A DNA stretch of 64,000 nucleotides from Phoronis australis (taxonomy: Eukaryota > Animalia > Phoronida): contig NMRA01000466.1 in the NCBI GenBank assembly GCA_002633005.1, forward strand, positions 100,633-164,632. Reading direction: 5' to 3'. The position numbers were made by a program, and so were the translations under genes. The notes under the pieces are model-generated. The model searched no databases, was not told where the DNA came from, and saw only the letters and a program-made list of their open reading frames with translations. Positions 29,601 through 44,600 of this stretch are shown here, in pieces; within the stretch, counting starts at the first letter, position 1; every line of letters starts with the position of its first letter.

Positions 29601-32600
29601 CACCATTTCAACTACCAGCAGGACTACTCGCTCGTCAGTATCCACAAATGCAACAACTTTATCAACTACTTATGCACCAACAACAACACCAAGTCCAAGA
29701 ACCACAGTGTCTACTAATGCTACAAGTGAATCCACCACAGTTCATGTGCCAACAACCACGCCTAGTCCAACAACCAGTATTTTATCTAATGCAACCACTG
29801 CATCCACCTCAACTCCTGCACCAACAAGCACATCACGCCCAACAACTGTAGTATTCACTAATGCCACAACTGCATCATCCACAACACTTGCAGCAACAAC
29901 TATTGTTTCCACTAATGCTACATCTTTGTCAAGAACTCGTGCTCCAACAACCACACCAACTCCAACATCCACTGTTTCAACTAATGCAACAATTATACCA
30001 TCCACAACACATGCACCAACAACCACACCAAGTCAAACAACTGTGGTATCAACTAATGCCACAACTGCATCGTCCACAACTATGGCAGCTACGACCAAGC
30101 CACAACCAACAACTACCCTTGCCACGAATGCAACATCTAGGTCAACAACTCCCATTCCCAGTACCACAACTGTGTTATTGACTAATGCCACAGGCTCAAC
30201 TGCTTCGCGTCCAACGACTGCAGTTCCATCAACTTTGACAACAACTTCTGGCGGAATCAAAAATTTCACTTACACAACAGAGAAACTTTCGTTTCCCACT
30301 TTTACCACGGTCTCAGAACTCTCCACCTCCAAGTCGAGTAGCACCATTTCAACTACCAGCAGACCAACTAGCGCAGCGGTGTCCACTAATGCAACAAGTT
30401 TATCAACTACTCATGCTCCAACAACAACACCAAGTCCAAGAACTTCAGTGTCTACCAATGCTACAAGTAAATCCACTGTTTATGTGCCAACAACCACGCC
30501 TAGTCCGACAACCGGTATTTCAACTAATGCAACAACTGCATCCACCTCAACTCTTGCACCAACAACCACATCAGGCCCAACAACTGTAGTATTCACTAAT
30601 GCCACAACTGCATCATCCACAACTCTTGCAGCAACAACTATTGTTTCCACTAATGCTACAACTTCATCAAGAACTCGTGCTCCAACAACCACACCAACTC
30701 CAATATCCACTGTTTCAACTAATGCAACAATTATACCATCCACAACACATGCACCAACAACCACACCAAGTCAAACAACTGTGGTATCAACTAATGCCAC
30801 AACTGCATCGTCCACAACTATGGCAGCTACGACCAAGCCACAACCAACAACCACCCTCGCCACGAATGCAACATCTAGGTCAACAACTCGCATTCCCAGT
30901 ACCACAACTGTGTTATTCACTAATGCCACAGGCTCAACTGCTTCGCGTCCGACTACTGCCGTTCCATCAACTATGACAACCACGTCTGGCGGAATCAAAA
31001 ATTTTACTTACACAACAGAAAAATTTTCGTTTCCCACTTTTACCACGGTCTCAGAACTCTCCACCTCCAAGTCGAGTAGCACCATTTCAACTACCAGCAG
31101 ACCTACTAGCGCGGCGGTGTCCACTAATGCAACAACTTCATCAACTACTCATGCTCCAACAACAACACCAAGTCCAAGAACCACAGTGTCTACTAATGCA
31201 ACAAGGGAATCCACCACAGTTCCTGTTCCAACAACCACACCTAGTCCAACAACCAGTGTTTCATCTAATGTAACCACTGCATTCACTTCAACTCTTGCAC
31301 CAACAACCACATCAGGCCCAACAACTGTAGTATTCACTAATGCCACAACTGCATCGTCCACAACTATGGCAGCTACGACCAAGCCACAACCAACAACCAC
31401 CCTCGCCACGAATGCAACATCTAGGTCAACAACTCCCATTCCCAGTACCACAACTGTGTTACTGATTAATGCCACAGGCTCAACTGCTTCTCGTCCAACG
31501 ACTGCAGTTCCATCAACTTTGACAACAACTTCTGGCGGAATCAAAAATTTCACTTACACAACAGAGAAAATTTCGTTTCCCACTTTTACCACAGTCTCAG
31601 AACTCTCCACCTCCAAGTCCGGTAGCACCATTTCAACTACCAGCAGACCAACTAGCGCGGCGGTGTCCACTAATGCCACAACTTTATCAACTACTTATGC
31701 TCCAACAACAACACCAAGTCCAAGAACTACAGTGTCTACTAATGCAACAAGGGAATCCACCACAGTTCATGTTCCAACAACCATGCCTAGTCCAACAACC
31801 AGTGTTTCATCTAATGCAACCACTGCATTCACTTCAACTCTTGCACCAACAACCACATCTGGCCCAACAACTGTAGTATTCACTAATGCCACAACTGCAT
31901 CATCCACAACTCTTGCAGCAACAACTATTGTTTCCACTAATGCTACAACTTCATCAAGAACTCGTGCTCCAACAACCACACCAACTCCAACATCCACTGT
32001 TTCAACTAATGCAACAATTATACCATCCACAACACATGCACCAACAACCACACCAAGTCAAACAACTGTGGTATCAACTAATGCCACAACTGCATCGTCC
32101 ACAACTATGGCAGCTACGACCAAGCCACAACCAACAACCACCCTCGCCACGAATGCAACATCTAGGTCAACAACTCGCATTCCCAGTACCACAACTGTGT
32201 TATTCACTAATGCCACAGGCTCAACTGCTTCGCGTCCGACTACTGCCGTTCCATCAACTATGACAACCACGTCTGGCGGAATCAAAAATTTTACTTACAC
32301 AACAGAAAAATTTTCGTTTCCCACTTTTACCACGGTCTCAGAACTCTCCACCTCCAAGTCGAGTAGCACCATTTCAACTACCAGCAGACCTACTAGCGCG
32401 GCGGTGTCCACTAATGCAACAACTTCATCAACTACTCATGCTCCAACAACAACACCAAGTCCAAGAACCACAGTGTCTACTAATGCAACAAGGGAATCCA
32501 CCACAGTTCATGTTCCAACAACCACACCTAGTCCAACAACCAGTGTTTCATCTAATGTAACCACTGCATTCACTTCAACTCTTGCACCAACAACCACATC

Positions 32601-35600
32601 AGGCTCAACAACTGTAGTATTCACTAATGCCACAACTGCATCATCCACAACTATGGCAGCTACGACCAAGCCACAACCAACAACCACCCTCGCCACGAAT
32701 GCAACATCTAGGTCAACAACTCCCATTCCCAGTACCACAACTGTGTTATTCACTAATGCCACAGGCTCAACTGCTTCTCGTCCAACGACTGCAGTTCCAT
32801 CAACTTTGACAACAACTTCTGGCGGAATCAAAAATTTCACTTACACAACAGAGAAAATTTCGTTTCCCACTTTTACCACAGTCTCAGAACTCTCCACCTC
32901 CAAGTCCGGTAGCACCATTTCAACTACCAGCAGACCAACTAGCGCGGCGGTGTCCACTAATGCAACAACTTTATCAACTACTCATGCTCCAACAACAACA
33001 CCAACTCCAACATCCACTGTTCCAACTAATGCAACAGTTATACCATCCACAACACATGCACCAACAACCACACCAAGTCAAACAACTGTGGTATCAACTA
33101 ATGCCACAACTGCATCATCCACAACTATGGCAGCTACGACCAAGCCACAACCAACAACCACCCTCACCACGAATGCAACATCTAGGTCAACAACTCGCAT
33201 TCCCAGTACCACAACTGTGTTATTCACTAATGCCACAGGCTCAACTGCTTCGCGTCCAACAACTGCAGTTCCATCAACTTTGACAACAACTGCTGGCGGA
33301 ATCAAAAATTTCACTTACACAACAGAGAAATTTTCGTTTCCCACTTTTACCACAGTCTCAGAACTCTCCACCTCCAAGTCCGGTAGCACCATTTCAACTA
33401 CCAGCAGACCAACTAGCGCAGTGGTGTCCACTAATGCCACAACTTTATCAACTACTCTTGCTCCAACAACAACACCAAGTCCAAGAACTTCAGTGTCTAC
33501 CAATGCTACAAGTAAATCCACTGTTTATGTGCCAACAACCACGCCTAGTCCAACAACCGGTATTTCAACTAATGCAACAACTGCATCCACCTCAACTCTT
33601 GCACCAACAACCACATCAGGCCCAACAACTGTAGTATTCACTAATGCCACAACTGCATCATCCACAACTCTTGCAGCAACAACTATTGTTTCCACTAATG
33701 CTACAACTTTATCAAGAACTCGTGCTCCAACAACCACACCAACTCCAATATCCACTGTTTCAACTAATGCAACAATTATACCATCCACAACACATGCACC
33801 AACAACCACACCAAGTCAAACAACTGTGGTATCAACTAATGCCACAACTGCATCGTCCACAACTATGGCAGCTACGACCAAGCCACAACCAACAACCACC
33901 CTCGCCACGAATGCAACATCTAGGTCAACAACTCGCATTCCCAGTACCACAACTGTGTTATTCACTAATGCCACAGGCTCAACTGCTTCGCGTCCGACTA
34001 CTGCCGTTCCATCAACTATGACAACCACGTCTGGCGGAATCAAAAATTTTACTTACACAACAGAAAAATTTTCGTTTCCCACTTTTACCACGGTCTCAGA
34101 ACTCTCCACCTCCAAGTCGAGTAGCACCATTTCAACTACCAGCAGACCTACTAGCGCGGCGGTGTCCACTAATGCAACAACTTCATCAACTACTCATGCT
34201 CCAACAACAACACCAAGTCCAAGAACCACAGTGTCTACTAATGCAACAAGGGAATCCACCACAGTTCATGTTCCAACAACCACACCTAGTCCAACAACCA
34301 GTGTTTCATCTAATGCAACCACTGCATTCACTTCAACTCTTGCACCAACAACCACATCAGGCCCAACAACTGTAGTATTCACTAATGCCACAACTGCATC
34401 ATCCACAACTCTTGCAGCAACAACTATTGTTTCCACTAATGCTAGAACTTTATCAAGAACTCATGCTCCAACAACCACACCAACTCCAATATCCACTGTT
34501 TCAACTAATGCAACAATTATACCATCCACAACACATGCACCAACAACCACACCAAGTCAAACAACTGTGGTATTAACTAACGCCACAACTGCATCATCCA
34601 CAACTCTTGCAGCAACAACTATTGTTTCCACTAATGCTACAACTTCATCAAGAACACGTGCTCCAACAACCACACTAACTGCAATATCCACTGTTTCAAC
34701 TAATGCAACAATTATACCATCCACAACACGTGCACCAACTTCCACCTTTGCTCCAACACCCACTGTATCTACTAATGCTACACCTACTGCAATGTCATCA
34801 GTTATGACGACCACATCTGGCGGAATAAAAAATTTCACTTACACAACTGAGAAATTTTCATTCCCCACCTTTACAACGGTCCCTGAGCTCTCCACCACCC
34901 AATCAAGTAGCAACATTTCAACCACCCGCAGTCTTTCTACATCATCGCCTGTCCCCACCACCACCACAATGCAACCTTTCGCCAGCACCTCACCTTTGCT
35001 TAACAGTGAGTATTTTGATGTTCATTTTTTAACCTCTGTTGCTTGGTATTTCCTGAAACTTCTTCATTTGACATATTATATGCGCTTAATATCTGTGGCT
35101 CTTTTACCTGGACCTTGATGTTTTATGTCGATCCACTTCAGTTGTCAAAAATGTTTTCACTAAGTTCAATTTGCATGCAGTGTAATATGCATAGAAACAC
35201 ATAATGTAATGTTGCCATTGGAGGCTTTAAATTTCACTCGACATTGGATTTTAAATTTTCACATTTTGCGCCACGATATGCTCAGCTTCTGTAATTTAAA
35301 GAAGTTTCGTTGTTTTTAGCTGTTGTTTTTGATTGTTATAATACTGTTGAAGTGTTGTCCTAAACTTGAATCCAGCTTTTTTGTTGTGTGTTAACGATAT
35401 GGATTGTGCCTTTTCAATTGATATTTCATTTTAAACAATGAATCTTGGTTTGTGTATGCAATATTATTTTCCACCATAACAGACATAAAGATTTTGTGTT
35501 CTTTTGAGAATAATTTTTTTTTTGAATTTGAAGTTCATGACTGCTGTATGTCAAATTTCCAAGTTGATTAAAACTGTTGTTAATTCACCGATTCATCCCT

Positions 35601-38600
35601 TAATTGTTAACTTCAGAATTCTATTTCATCATGACATTTCAGGAACAAGATAAATATTTTTTTCAATGATGATAAGACACCCACAAAACTTTTTTTGTGA
35701 CCTGTAAAATCTTATAAGAATTATTTGTTACTTCAAATCAGTGCTGCCTCATAATAAATGTGCCACTAAATGTGAATCATGTTTTAACTTATTTATCAGC
35801 TTATAAAAATGCCAAAGTTTGGCCATCTTCCGACCATCATATCTCAAAAATAGGTGATCAGATTCATAAAGAAGTTTAAGAAACCATGCATAAACGCTGA
35901 GAAGTTATTTATAAAATGTTTCGGTTTCCAATGACAGGCTAGCAAAAATTGTTCTTTGGTGATGTTCACAAAAACTCAAAAAATCTCGAAAGTTGCAATA
36001 AAATGGGAATGAAATCATAATTTTGAAAACTAGCAGTGTTTTTTAGATTTCATCTTGAACGTTTACATTAAACTAAATTTGGCCATGCCATTGGTGCTGT
36101 TGTTTTGGTATCAATGAAACTTTCCTCTTTGCTAAATTTTACTAAAAAGACTTGAACTAATAATGGTAGATTGGTAAAAAGTCAAAAATCAAATTTCACA
36201 GGCTAGCTGACTCAGGGGTCGTTTTAGAAAAAATGTGTCTATGGGTCAGTCGACTTACTGGGCCTCAAGTCTATGCTTCAATTTTGAGGACATCAATTTT
36301 TGTCTGCTGTTCATGCATTCACAGGTTTTCCTTGCATTGTTTGCATGCTTTAGCTTTGCTTTTTTGGTTATGTTTAACAGTTTATTAAGCAACGTGCTTC
36401 CTTCATTTCCTTTTTTGTAAAAACCTATGTTAACCACTGGCATTTTTGTTCCTTATGCCTTAAAATTGACCTATCACCAGGATTTCGCTTAACTGACCAA
36501 TCAGAATGCAGCATCTTTGACTCGCCTTCGTTTCCAAGCCACCATTTTACCTGAAAAACCACTCGTCAGGTATAATTTATTGTTTTTTGTTGAATTTTTG
36601 CAAGGGGGGAACTTGCGAGAGGTCATTTAAGTCACCAGTTAAACTGCCGTCCTATGCTAATGTGCAACATTAAGTAATTCCTTAATTTTTTGTACAGCCT
36701 GCATTAAATGTCTTCATTTGTTTACCTTTATATGTACATAAATCTTAATAATATTGTGCTTGCATCACCTTTTGCTGTCTTTTTTAATAATTTTTTTTTT
36801 CATCAGTGACATCTTTCACTCGCGTAAGTTCGTCTATTTCTGTTTGGGTCTAGTGATTGATGTAAATGCAAACCACAGTCAAGTGCTTCCACAGTTTTTA
36901 AAAATCTTTATTAATACAGTATGTTAGACCTCTCTATTGCCTATACATTGAGTTTTTTGTGTGATCGTATCTTTTTTGTTGCACGTTCTGCAATCGGTAC
37001 GTAATTATTCACACAAAAAGACAACATAAGGTGTGATTGCCGTCCTTTCTTATTGTACCCTAAGTATGTGACTAGACGTAACGTGTCAAATATTTTTCCT
37101 CAAGGACATGGGGCATGGCAATAAAAATTTAGCTTCTTCCGAGAATATATACTTTTACTGAGTTAAAATTTATGCTTCTGTAAGTCTTTGGCTAAGAAAA
37201 TTTTTTGATGAGGCCCTCCATAACGTTAACCTACATTGAATTTAGGTGCCACATTATGTTTTGGCGTCACTCTGAGCACATCTATGTCATCACTTGGATC
37301 ATCATAGTTTTTCTTTGTACATTCGTCTACATCACTGCGATAGTCTTTAATATGTACATGCTGTTTAGACTTACTCTAGACTTATCATTGTTTTGTTCTG
37401 TATTGTTGCTGTGACACAATATGGTACAAAAATGCTTCTTTATTTATCTTTGCATGCCAGTGTGCGTGAGCGGTTTAATCATATTTTGCCAGACCGTTAT
37501 TGTGACTATCTATTAAGCCTCAGTATATCTGAAATAAAAAAATCCATTCAACAGATGCTGTAGTCACTGACATATTGTAAATCAGTAGAGTTTGCTGTGG
37601 AATTTCTTGGATTGAAAAAGTACTTTTGTTGAAACCTTGTTAAATTAATCACATTATATCCATGTTAAATCATTTATTTGTTCTTAATATTTCATTCACT
37701 CATTGTGTTACTTACAGAGTTGTTGACGCACACGTGCCATAAATTGTGGCTGCAAACTCATTTGCTATCTACTGCCTAAATCAGATCTTACTAATTTAGT
37801 TAAAGCACATGTTGGTTCTCTATAATAGCCACTTCAGCTACTGTAACAAGTCAGTCTCCAACGACAACTGTTGCGCCAACGACAACTGTAGTAAGTTCCT
37901 CTACAATGTCGACAACAGCTCAGCCAACATCATCTACAATAAGTTCATCTACAACGTCTACTTGTAAGTATAATGGTCTTAAAACAGCATGGTGATGCGC
38001 AATTTTTATCTTAACCAAACATGTTGGCCGAATATGGGGCTGATACGTGAAGTAAAACTTTTAAGTGGTGATCAACCAAGTTAACAGCACATCTATATAA
38101 TTTCACGGAGCCAGAAGGAGGTGGCTCTCTGTTCTATGCAGAGAGAGAGGGAAAGAGAGAGAGAGAGAGATGGAGGGAGGGAGAGGGAGAGTGTGCAAGA
38201 TTTGTAAAGAATTTTTATAATGTCGAAATACTCTCAGAGAAATAGAATCCAATTTTATGCTAGTAAAAGGCCTAATTCAACTTTCATTTTTATCCAGCTA
38301 GACAGGCCAAGTTGCAGGTTCAAGAACCTCAATACATTTTCATATCTGGTAATGACAAGGAGAATGTACTTTGCTTGTCAGTGACTTAATTATTTGTTAA
38401 TGAAGACATGCAATCATTGAACATCGAAAAAGGAGTACGAGTTTGGATTTGTTCAATTTGTTCACTCTTTGATATGCTGCAACTGAACCTTGCTGAGGAA
38501 CATCAACTGGAGTTCCATTTGATCTATGCCTTAGGTTTTTGAAGCTGTTTCTAACTGGTTTTGGAGACTGTAGACTTGCCTATATGTTTTTGTAAGTCGC

Positions 38601-41600
38601 ATGGCCATCGAAAGTTAACCTTTCATCCAGAAATACACCCAAAATTATAATTTTGCTAATGTATGCTGTGTGTATATATTTAATAAATCACACGTTTCCT
38701 CCTGCGGAATTTCACAATGTGGCGAAGTGTTAATGATGTTTTGTCCACGACGAACAGAAATCTTCAAAGGACAACAATCACGGTTTTGGCCTATTAATAG
38801 GTATTGAAAACGACTTTCCCATCCAGTTTTGAAACAAAATAATGTTCTGTAACTCTTGACAACCCAAGTTTGGAGCAATATTCGGAAACTCCTTACAAAA
38901 TCTTCTAAACGGGCAAATGTAAATAACACTTTTGACAAATAAGGAAACAACTGGATGTAAAGACCACCCACCCAGCACCATAGTGTCCAATTTGTGACTC
39001 AGAGAGAAATAGTAGAATCTAGCTGTTAATACTCAAGTGGAACACCAGTAATGCATTAGCAAGTGACTAAACGAGTCTTGGTTAAAATCACCAAAGTAGG
39101 TTTAATATTCTAAGTTAAACAGCTAAAATTTAAACTGGGTGATTTGCACAGTGTACCCTATCCTGTTGATTGTTACAGCCATATTGACTTTTGACTGTGT
39201 CTTGCCTAATTCCTTCTTGGTATTATGTCTGTTTTGCTTCTGCCAGCGACAAATGTCACATCTTTACCTACAACAACAGCATCAATAAGTCAGTCTACAA
39301 CAACCCAAGCTACAACATCAACGAGTCGGCCAACAACAACTCCACATTCTACTACAAGCCTATCAACAACACGTCAGCCTACAACAACAACTCCACCAAC
39401 AGCATCAACAACGCGCCAGCCTTCAACAACACCTACTCCAACTACATTGCAGTCAACAACGACCCAGACAACAGTGTCAACAATGCTGCAGTCAACAACA
39501 ATGCAGCCAACAGCGTCGACAACTCGTCAGTCAACAACAGCCAAACCTACAGCGTCAACAACAGTGCAATCAACAACAACCCAGCCAACAGAAACAACAA
39601 CGCATCAGCCAACAACAACCCAAGTTACATCAACTACAAGTCGGCCGACAACAACACCCCAGCCAACTTCAACAACACTGCAGCCAACAACAACCCAGCC
39701 AACAGCATCTACAACACCCAAGCCAACAACAACACCTCAGCCTTCATCAACAACGCTTCAGCCAACAACAACAACCCAAGCTACTTCAACAACAAGTCAG
39801 TCGACAAGTCAACCCACAACAACATCCCAGCCAACATCGACAAGTCGACCAACAACAACTCAAACTTCGATGTCAACAACATCCATGCCAACAACTTCCC
39901 AACCAATAACTTCAACAACGCAGCAACCAACAACAACTCAACCCACAACAACACCCCAGACAACATCATCAACAACCCTTCAGCCAACAACAACGGCGCC
40001 TTGTAAGTATTGTTTGTGTTGGTGACCAAATGTTTTTGTTTGTTTATCTGCTGCAGATGAGAGTGATTTGTCTGTATCTGAGTTTCAACTTTGCTTTCAA
40101 CTTAAGTCTGGTGTTTTTCCATCACCGTTAGTCACTATGAGTGTCCATGGGCAATTTTTTGAAATTTGAAAAACATGGTGTTCATAGGCAAAATAGTGAC
40201 TTCAAGAAATTGTTGGTACTGAGTCATTGATCCTTTTTGGGAACAAAAGGTGACTTGGACTGGAGAAATACTCTTCGTTTATCAGAAATAAAACCAGATG
40301 CTGGCAACTGAATAGGCTGTCCTGAAATACACACATACCACGGAAATAAAGCGAGTGTGCAGTGCACACCTGTGAGCTACTCATTCAACTCGGGTTTTTC
40401 ACAAGTGGCCATCAAATGCTCCGTAAGTTTTCTTTATGTCACTTGGCTGAACGACTGTCAAAGATATAGAAAATTAGAGCAAATTTTGTTGAAACTTAAA
40501 AATCAGGAACGTAATTGGTGTGTGTTCAATAAATACTTTAAAAGAAATTTCCTAAAATGTTATTTTGCATCCTGAAAAGGTGCTTCTGACTGTAAACTGG
40601 AGCTGAGCTGTGAACAAGTAGCTAACTATGACATGTGGCCTTCAAGCGACGACTGGCCCACGCTGATGGAATTGGATTCATGTGCTTGTGTCTCATGTCC
40701 AAGTGGTTATGAACACAAGTTCTTTGAAACGTTGGATTCGCACATTTGCGTGACGAATACTACTGACTGCGAAAGTACGACAACAAGTCGCCCGACCACA
40801 ACGTCATCACGTGAGTTTTGAAGGACAATCGATAGTCTTTTGGTGGGCTCAAGTTAACTTGTCAGAATGATGTTTGGTTCATTTTGTAAATTTTTCTACC
40901 TTCAGCTGTTACTTGTGTTAGTACTACTGATCCTCCTGGTTTTTTACCTGTCAAAGTTTAAGGTATTGGATATGTTAAGTAAGTGATGCATTGGAGGTGT
41001 TTTATCTATTATTCCAATGGTCCATTGTACTCCAGTTGGGGAAAACAATGTGATTCATTTTGGGCGTGAAAGGGGTAACTAGTCAGTATATTGACTTAAA
41101 ATTTTGGAGAGTTGTAAGTGATGAATGTTGCTCATCAGGCCTTTATCCAGGATTTTGAAAATAGGGTGTCCAAAAAGGGGTTCCCAATATTCCAGGGCGT
41201 CCATAATTCTGACGCGTAACCCCCCCACCCCCAGCAACCCCCCAAACACACAGATTTTTTTTTTCAAAAAATGCATAGACCAAGGTTTTTACATCTAAGT
41301 TTACAAAACAGCCTTCTGTAGTGAGCATTTCCAATAAACAATTGGTGTAGACCAAGACTTTTACAATGCTATCAACCAAGTGTGAGCATAGCAACCTTGT
41401 ATATTCTTTGTATATACATTGTATATTTCTTCCTGCTTTGAAAAAAAAGGGCCCCCACTGAGCCTTCAGAGGCTTCCTAGTAATCATTACAATGTGTGTG
41501 TCCAAACTTGAAAGGTTCCTATTGACAGTGGGCGTCCAAATGATACATTGGGCGTCCTTGCCAGAGCTTCCATATTAGTGCTAGGGCGTCCATTTAGACG

Positions 41601-44600
41601 CCCAGGACGTACGCTGCATGAAGGCCTGTTGCTCATGTAGAGTTATGAAATTAGCATGCAAGGTCAGTGAACCCTGCTTTTGGTCTATAAATGTCCCACT
41701 TGCACTGTGTAACTAAACACACTGTAACAAAGAGTTTATGGTCCTGGCTCAGAGAAGATAGTTTGATTCTGCTGGTGGATCCATGAATAGATGAGCTTAC
41801 AATGTTGCTGTAATATGCCTGCACTCTGGTATTGCCTATCTTTAGTTGGAGTAACCTAGCAACTGGTTCCTGGGTGTAAGTGTTTAATCTTATTGGCTTG
41901 CTGATGCAATTATAATAATCTACTGAATGTTGTTTGTAGCTCTTAGGATTAAACAGTCTGGGGTATTGAATGTCTACTTGCAAGTTTGGTGGTTCATGGT
42001 CTTGATTCTTTTATTTTTTATCCAGAGATGATGTAGAAGCTGTGTCTTACTTGAGAATTCTTCGCATCCTTGTTAGAGCTTTGAATTTAACTGCAGTTAA
42101 TTTTCAGAATGGCATTTTGATGAACTACTGTATGGTAGGCTTGTACGAAGCTTTGGTTAAAAGCACAAACGAAATCAGAATAGTTTTGAACTTTTGTCTG
42201 AGGATTTAGTTAATTCTAAGATTATGGTCATTTCGTTTTGAAAATTAAATTTCTTTGTACGTTGTTTCCAAAAGCCACTACGACGACTGCTACCATGACA
42301 ACTACTGTGGCGTCTACCACCACGAGTGCGCCTTCAACAACAGTAACTACGTCTACTTCACAATCGACTACTGCACAATCAACAACAGTCCAGACAACAC
42401 CTCCTACCACCACAACATCACTTATGACTTCAACTACGACTTCGACTACGACTTCGACTAAGAAACCTACAACTACGCCTCCAGTCTGTAAGTATAATGT
42501 CAATAGCTATTGCAAAAACTGTGTTCAGCTTGAAGACTTGAGGTTTTTTGGGCCATGCCTCTACAGTCTTCTTTAATGATAAAAACTCTAAGAAGTACTG
42601 GATTTTCAAACAGCCTGTTCTTTTAAGAAAACCCTCCTTAACTGAAGTAGTGTCCTTTAAAAAAACTATTCTGTCATACCGACTTCCTGACATGCATGTT
42701 ATAAATCATGCAGTGTCACTGAACCAAGCTGTCACTCCTAGACCTGGAGAATCACACCATTATCTTTGCCACCGATTCCATGGCAGTGTTGATGAAAGTT
42801 CAATCTGGAAACCTCCCAGCCAACTGGGGTGTCTTCCGATCACGCCACCCTCATCATGTGGTGATCTGGTCTTTCGTACCTGGCCACGCTGGTGTCTTGA
42901 TTAATGAGCGTGCAGATTACCTCGCTGGCTCATGCACCACCAACCAACCCCTCTACTTATATTCGGCTGACGTTAAGCTGCTGGCTCGCAAACGCAACCA
43001 CGAGCAGACTGCATCCCAGCTGGCTGAGTTCAATGATGGCAGCCGCCTGCTCGAAGCCGGTATTATTTATGGCCATGCTGCGAAGAGTCACAAGAAGGGC
43101 CGTGCCCGAGTGCTGTCTAATCAAATGCTTACAGGCAACGTCAGCCCTGGAGTTCTGCGCCTTCTGCTGTCACGGGGATGGTCTGGGGAGGGGATTAATG
43201 CACCAGCATATCCCCAATGATCCTGTCCGTAACAGGTATTACAGGTATTACAGGTATTACTGAACCACTGTTTAGGAAATCATTTCCTTGCTCAGATCGT
43301 CGGCGGACCGAAGCATTTAAAATTTTACTCATATCGCGCACAAAAAGTCTGCTGGTTTTGCAATCCATGAACTGTTTGTGAACCTGGCATACGTGTTCTC
43401 AGGATTTTTTATTTAATCAAGAGAGATGTCTCTTGCTACAAGAGGTCACTACTGGGACAACTCGCAGTTGAGGCTGATTAATGGTCCACTTCTCTAACCT
43501 TTGGAAGTTCAGTAACAAAGTGAATTTTTCTGTTAGCTGTTAATTCATAACCTGTGAACACTATTTGATTATATGAGTCCATGTGGACTGCCGACCCGGT
43601 TGGTTTCCATGTGACGTTTTAGAAGGATCAGTTCCATACTTTTGTACTTCACTGACCCGAATGAAAATAAGGCTTCATGGTCTACACGTTCAAGACTTCA
43701 GAACATACATTTATACATCTGCCGTAAACATATACGTGTTTTCAACAGAATACTAGCCTCTCGTTTATGATTGAAGTGTGCAATTCACTTAGTACACAAC
43801 CTCAGTGAATATTGTCTGGAATGCACGTAATTGGACACGCTCTAATTGTTTTGACCACCATCGTCTGCAGCAGCAATGCAAATAAGTCAGCTGGAAATAG
43901 TTGGCGATCAGTGGAAGCGAAACTTTCGCCTCACGGTTGCTTGAATTTCGGCCTTTATCTAGTTGCCACAAGGGTCCCTTAAAAAAGTTCTTATGACCGG
44001 GGTCAGTTCGAATATTTTGGCGAAGTACGGGAATTGTATTGCCTACAGTCGCCAGCATTTTGTAGCTTTGGGTCGTCTAGAACCCTTAATTCGTCATGAA
44101 TATTCCTGTTTCTTCACCAAAAAATAAGCCACTATTGCTCATTTAAAAGGTAAATAAATTTAACTCTCCCCAGGATGACCAGTCCGATGTAAAAAGTATC
44201 TTTTTTAACTTAGATCAAAAAGACATGTCATTTTGAAGGTTGTTGAACACGCGGTGGATTTTCTTGAGATGTCGTGTTTCTCATAACCTTTAAAAATTTT
44301 TACTTGACTAGTCGCATACATGTGTGGTGGTTTGGCACAAAGATAACTCGAAAAAAATGTACAATGTATTAAATGGGAATAAGTATTGCCTGTAAATTAA
44401 GGAACATATATTAAATAGATGTATTGTCCATATTTGAAAGTCATTTTGCCTGTTCTACGAGTACTTTGTCATTCGCGCAGCTCTTTTTCCAGCATCAACA
44501 CTCACACGGCAATTGTCCAACACGATTGAATACATGAGGTTAAGCATTACGTGCATTTGAGTTGAAATATTGTTCAACGAACTGTATCCATCTTCATTGT

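Noticed and set aside
28090-35118. Stand-alone 2342-aa gene or membrane-anchored isoform using the hydrophobic read-through tail
   Set aside because: No signal peptide; good acceptor at 28075 and donor at 35006; T-rich intron sequence naturally translates as F/L/Y. Only 3' RACE could revive it
36807-36823. 17-nt micro-exon with strong pyrimidine tract, CAG and GTAAGT
   Set aside because: Would shift the frame of the next exon and I found no compensating exon; could only be a poison exon, unsupported without RNA data
39191-40006. Asn-rich 271-aa ORF
   Set aside because: Alternative frame of the ACA-ACA Thr repeats of exon 17
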